Shown here: in pieces, positions 58,371 through 64,000 of the stretch | How the letters are laid out: each line of letters begins with the position of its first letter | How positions within the stretch are numbered: position 1 is the stretch's first letter | Assembly (NCBI RefSeq): GCF_009914755.1 | Contig: NC_060930.1 | Strand: one strand, 5' to 3' | Source of the DNA: the human T2T-CHM13v2.0 reference genome, Homo sapiens | DNA: 64,000 nucleotides | Program-made: the position numbers and the translations under genes | The notes under the pieces: generated by a model | What the model saw: only the letters and a program-made list of their open reading frames with translations | Database searches by the model: none | Told to the model about the DNA's origin: nothing

Positions 58371-59697
58371 TGTAACTCTTAATCATCGTTCTGAAGCAAT
58401 TACCATAAAGATCGCTATGCTCCTTGCACAAAGATAAATTGCATAGATGCAACGAAGAATGTGACATCTGCCAACTATTATAAATAAATTCATGAGAATA
58501 TAGTATTATTAATTTGACCTTACAAGCTGATAAAATCTAGGTCATTTGGGTTATAATTTTATCCAGAAAAAACAAACAAATGGTAGTCCCTAAAATCTTT
58601 TTTAAGGAAGAATAATGAAGGCGAAATGGAACAAAAATATACCATAAAACTATAATAATCAAATCACTGATTATTGACATTAGGTCAGCCAAAAAGTGGA
58701 TCCTAATTATGTTAACTGTTTATTCTAAAGAAGGTATCATAAATATGTGGACCATCTAACATGGTGCTGTGGCAATTAGTTCTCTAAGTATTCTAGTTGA
58801 TTAAGGACACAAAACGACCAAGCCATGAAAATGTATAAAATAGAATATCAAATATGAGAGGACTTTTAAATTTAATAGCAATGGAAATAATCCCAGTGGA
58901 AAATCTGAATAGATACAAATGTAAAATGAAAAACTTCTAACACCAAAACAATTTAGCAAACACATTTTGCCAAACTATATTTAGTGAAATATTAGCATCA
59001 TATTTGACAGAAAAATGCAAGTAAAAACAATGAGATGCAATTTTTGCCTCAAATGAGAACAGTCTGAAAGACTAAGAATGTTCTGAGCTGGTAAGGTATG
59101 GGGAGAAAAGGCACGCTCATAAACCAGTCAGTGGGAGCAAAAATTTGTCAGTGCCAAAGAATGGATGGTAATGCTATACATATTAAAGAAGGCACATATG
59201 ATGAACTCATTCATTCATTCATTCATTCGTTTAGGACATCAAGTGGAAAGGGTTGTGTTAGTCATACTTTCTAGTTCATGACATGTATCTGATCCATGCA
59301 AAGCTCTTTTCTTTTTAATCTTATTTATTTATTCCCTTTATCTCTAGTTCCCATTCTCATTTTCCTCCCCTCCAAGGTGCCATTCTAAATGTTTGTGCAA
59401 AATATGTATTATATTGTGTGTGTGTGCATTTTTAATTTATATAAATGGCATTAGGTCTCCAATCTGTTTCTTACTGTTTTTCACTCAACACTATGATTTT
59501 GACACCCATGATGTTGCCATGTGTACATCTAGCCCACATCTAACTGCAGTTGAGTATTCCACAGTTCATGTCTACCACATTTTACAAATTCACTCTCCCA
59601 GGGGTAGACTCCTAGGTTCTGTCACAACAGAATTTCTTTGAGGTATAAACAAGAGCAGGATTTATGGATCCTAGTATGTTCATAAACCTCATCAGAA

Positions 59698-59856
59698 GCC
59701 AGGTACAGTGGCACATGCCTGTACTCCCAGCTTCTAGAGAGGCTGAGATAGAAGGATCACTTGAGCCCAAGAGTTCAAGTCCAACCTGGGCAACATAGCA
59801 AGTCCCTGGCTCTAAAAACAAAACAAAATAAAAAGAAACAAGAACAACAAACAAAA
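59698..59856 (+). mobile_element. FLAM-type Alu monomer
   Basis: gccaggtacagtggcacatgcctgtactcccagc...cttgagcccaagagttcaag. Confidence 0.8.
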
Positions 59857-61001
59857 AACTCATCTGGCTAGTTACTGCCAGATTACTCTTCAGAATGGCT
59901 GCAACAGCCACACTCCCATCACATGGATGAGGACTTCTACGTCTCTGACGTTTGGCATCATCTTAGCTTCTAGCTTTTTACTACTCTAAATGATGTAAAG
60001 TGAAACTTGCTTGCTTCACTTGCAGTTTTCTGATTACTACTTAGTAAGTATCTTCATATGTTTAATAGCCTTTGGGTTTATTCGGTAAAATGCTAGTTCA
60101 TACTCTTTCTTCCCTTTTTATTTTTCTGTCTTTTTCTTGTCAATTTGCATTACTTCCTACTCTATGCTTGATATTAATCCCTTGTTGATTATAAACATTG
60201 CAAAAAACTCTCAAATTGTCATTATGTCTTTCAATTTTGTCCATGGTCTCCTTCATTAAGCAGAAATCTCATGTTAATAAAATCATATTCGTCCATATTT
60301 AAAATTTTTGTTGCCCTATGAGCTGTACTTTTGAAGTGTTATCCAAAGAGTGAAGAAGTGCCACCCTATCTCTAGATTGCAGAAATATACTCCTATATGT
60401 CTTCCATTACTTTCACATTGAGGCTATTGGGCCATGTGAAGCCCACCTTCAGGCTGAAGTATATGAAGGTTGGTGGTGAATGCTTTAATTGCCATACTAT
60501 TTTACCAGTAATTCAACTACCTTATGAAACAACTCCAAATACAGAGAAGCTCTTAAACGCAAAAATACCAGTTTTAATTTTAAATAAAACTATGATGATC
60601 TTAAATTCTAACAGAAAAATGGCTAAATATATTAGTTAATATTTAATGTGAACATAAAATTATATGTGCATAGAATCTGACATTATGTCTAATATCATAA
60701 TATTCACAAGATGCAAAAATGGTTTACATAAAATAACTGTTTGAAAAATTAAGTCTAACAAGAAAACTAGAGAACGGAACAGTTAGATGGAAGATTAACA
60801 GGGAATAGAAGACTTGAACAACACCATAAACTGACTGTACCTAATAGACATACAGAGAACACTTTACCTTGGGCCATAAAACAAGTGGACTTTATGCCAC
60901 ACTGGTTCAATATTTGAAAGATGCAAGGCTGATTCAACATTTGAAAATCATTCAATGTAACACACTGCATTAACAGAACAAAGAAGGAAACCACATCATC
61001 A

Positions 61002-61374
<373 letters not shown>

Positions 61375-62394
61375 GGCATCTAAGAAAACCTGACAGCTGT
61401 TTTCCCCCTAAAAGCAGGAACCAGACAAGCAGTTTCCTTGGCTAAAACCTCCATTTCTACATGGAGGCAACTGAACGGGAAAATGACATAAAAGGTATCC
61501 AGTTTGTAAAGGAAAAAGATAACTGTCTCTATTCACAGATGACACAATCTTGTATATAGGACACCCTAAGATATCTACAAATGAAACTATTAAAACCTTC
61601 AAAGGATACAAGGTATTTTGAAAATCAGCAATATTCTATACGCTAGCCGTTAATTTTTAAATAAAATTTACAAACAATTCCATTTACAATAGCATCAAAA
61701 AGAATAAAATACTTAGGAATAAATTTAATCAAAGTAGTATAAAACTTATACTCTGAGAACTACAAAATATTGTTGAAAGAAATTAAAGAAGACTTAATAA
61801 ATTAATAGACATTCCATGTTCATGGATCAAGACTGAGTATTGATAAGATGGTAATACTCCCTAAATTAATCCACAGTCAACACAATTTTAATCACAATTC
61901 TGGCTGCTTTCCCCCCCCATACCTCACCCCCTGGGAATTGACAAGCTGACCCTAAAGACTCAAGACAAGCTGGCCTAGAGTAACTAAACTATCTTTAAAA
62001 AGAAAATAAAATTGAAGGATTCACAATTCCCAATTTGAAAAACTTACTACAAAGCTACAGTAATCAAAATGTGTGGAACTGGCAGAAGGATAGACATATA
62101 AATCAATGGAATAAAGAGTCCAAAAATAAACCCTTATATTTATGATCAATTGATTTTTCAACAAAGATGCCAAAACAATTCAATAGGGGAAAGAATAGTC
62201 TGTCAGAAAATGGTGCTGCAATTCATCCACATGCAAAAGAATGAATTTGGGCCCCTACATCACACAATGTACAAAAATTAACGCAAAATGAATCAAAGAC
62301 CTAAATATAAGAGCTGGAACTATAAAACTCTTAAAACAATAGGAATAAATTTTCATCACCTTGGATTAGGCAATTTAAAAAATATTTCTTAGAC

Positions 62395-62755
<361 letters not shown>

Positions 62756-64000
62756 TTAGTTATTCTAACCATATACTTTTTTAGATACCAGAAGCACAAG
62801 GTCCAAAGAAAAAAAATTAGATGTCATCAAAATTTAAAACTTTTGTGCTTCAAAAGATGTCAACAAGAAAGACAGATAATAACAAGTCTTGGTGAGGATG
62901 AGGAGAAACAGAGTCATACATTGCTAATGAGAATGTAAAATGATGCAGTCCTTTTGAAAACAGTTTTACAGTTCCTCAAAGTTAAACATAGAGTTACCAT
63001 ATAGCCCAGCAATTCCATTCCTAGGTTTATAACCAAGAGAACAAAAAACATATGCCCACATAAAAATTAGATAAATATTCATAGGAAAAGTATTCATCAT
63101 AGCCAAAATGTGGTATATCCATACAAGGAATGTTATTCAGCCATAAAAGTCAAGTAAATGAAGTACTAATATATGCTATGACATGGATGAATCTTGAAAA
63201 CATGATGCTAAGTGAAAGAAGCCACACACAAAAGGCCACATATTGTATTATTCCAATATATGAAATGTTCAGAATAGGAAAATCCATAGAGACAGAAAGA
63301 AGATTGGTGGTTGACAGTGTCTTGGAGAAAAGGGGAATGAGGACGACAATCATTACAGGGTTTTTTTGGGAGTGGCGGAAAATGTTTTGGAATGAGATAG
63401 TGGTGGTGGTTGCACAACGTTTGAATATTTTTTTAAAAAGGATTAATGTGTGCAGTTTAAAAGGGTAAATTTTGTGGTACACAGATTATTTCTTACCAAG
63501 AGGAAGAAGAGGAGGAAGAGGAGAAAGAGAAAAGGAAGGAGGAAGGAGATGGGGAGAGGGAGGACAGCAACCACCAGAACAAAACATTCTAAAATGTTTT
63601 GGGTGATGCAAGTGTAGGTGAGATTCTTCCTTCTACTTTTCTGAATTCCAACGTTTTAATTGTGAACATATATTATTTTTTATAATAATAATAAAATCAG
63701 ATGCTCATCACTGATAACATGTCCCCAGGTGGATCAAGCCCTTATCTTTCTCAGAATGTGGTATGAAATCCCTACAGCGTTGGTAGCACTGGACTAAAAA
63801 GTGAGCTCTGTTAACAAATGTTCCCTTCGTGGCAGTGTCTTCACTCCAGCTAAGGCTGAAATTCCCAGAATTTGTTATTTCCTGTCCTCCCACTGACCCT
63901 GCTGCCAGCTCTGGCCCTGCCTTTTGCCTGCATGATGGTTAACAGTAGCCTTAATCTAATTTTCCAGTGCATCCAACTTCCTGCTGGGAGGGAAATCCCT

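Noticed and set aside
63950-63985. Minus-strand EVGCTGKLD* faintly resembling VRCTKHNWKLD
   Set aside because: Needs a gap, ends in a stop and has no flanking similarity; treated as chance

Overview
Primate genomic DNA, most likely human chr6p22, rich in Alu, L1, MIR, L2, LTR and DNA-transposon repeats. The minus strand of ~22.8-56.8 kb holds the 3' part of CMAH/CMAHP (CMP-N-acetylneuraminic acid hydroxylase, a unitary pseudogene in humans). I resolved 11 internal exons and two alternative terminal exons. All junctions are GT-AG and phase-consistent, and they splice into an open reading frame from an internal ATG at 56826 giving 486 aa (ending ECKTT*) or 501 aa (ending FSTERTNEPNRNKFSVENKA*). 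This ORF keeps the HxHxDH metallo-beta-lactamase motif but has no Rieske domain. The 5' exons and the site of the human-specific 92-bp exon loss are not visible in the window. The first ~22 kb is intergenic, with a full-length Tigger1 interrupted by a composite L1 insertion and a ~640-bp purine tract. Other points of note are a stop-restart TGA-A-ATG arrangement, a ~60-bp direct repeat bracketing one exon, a fold-back structure in an MLT1 LTR, inverted Alus around an in-frame exon and a tailless U2 retrocopy. I see no convincing wholly new biological system. The best lead is possible expression of a Rieske-less CMAHP protein. Repeat subfamily names come from recalled consensus sequences and their boundaries are approximate.
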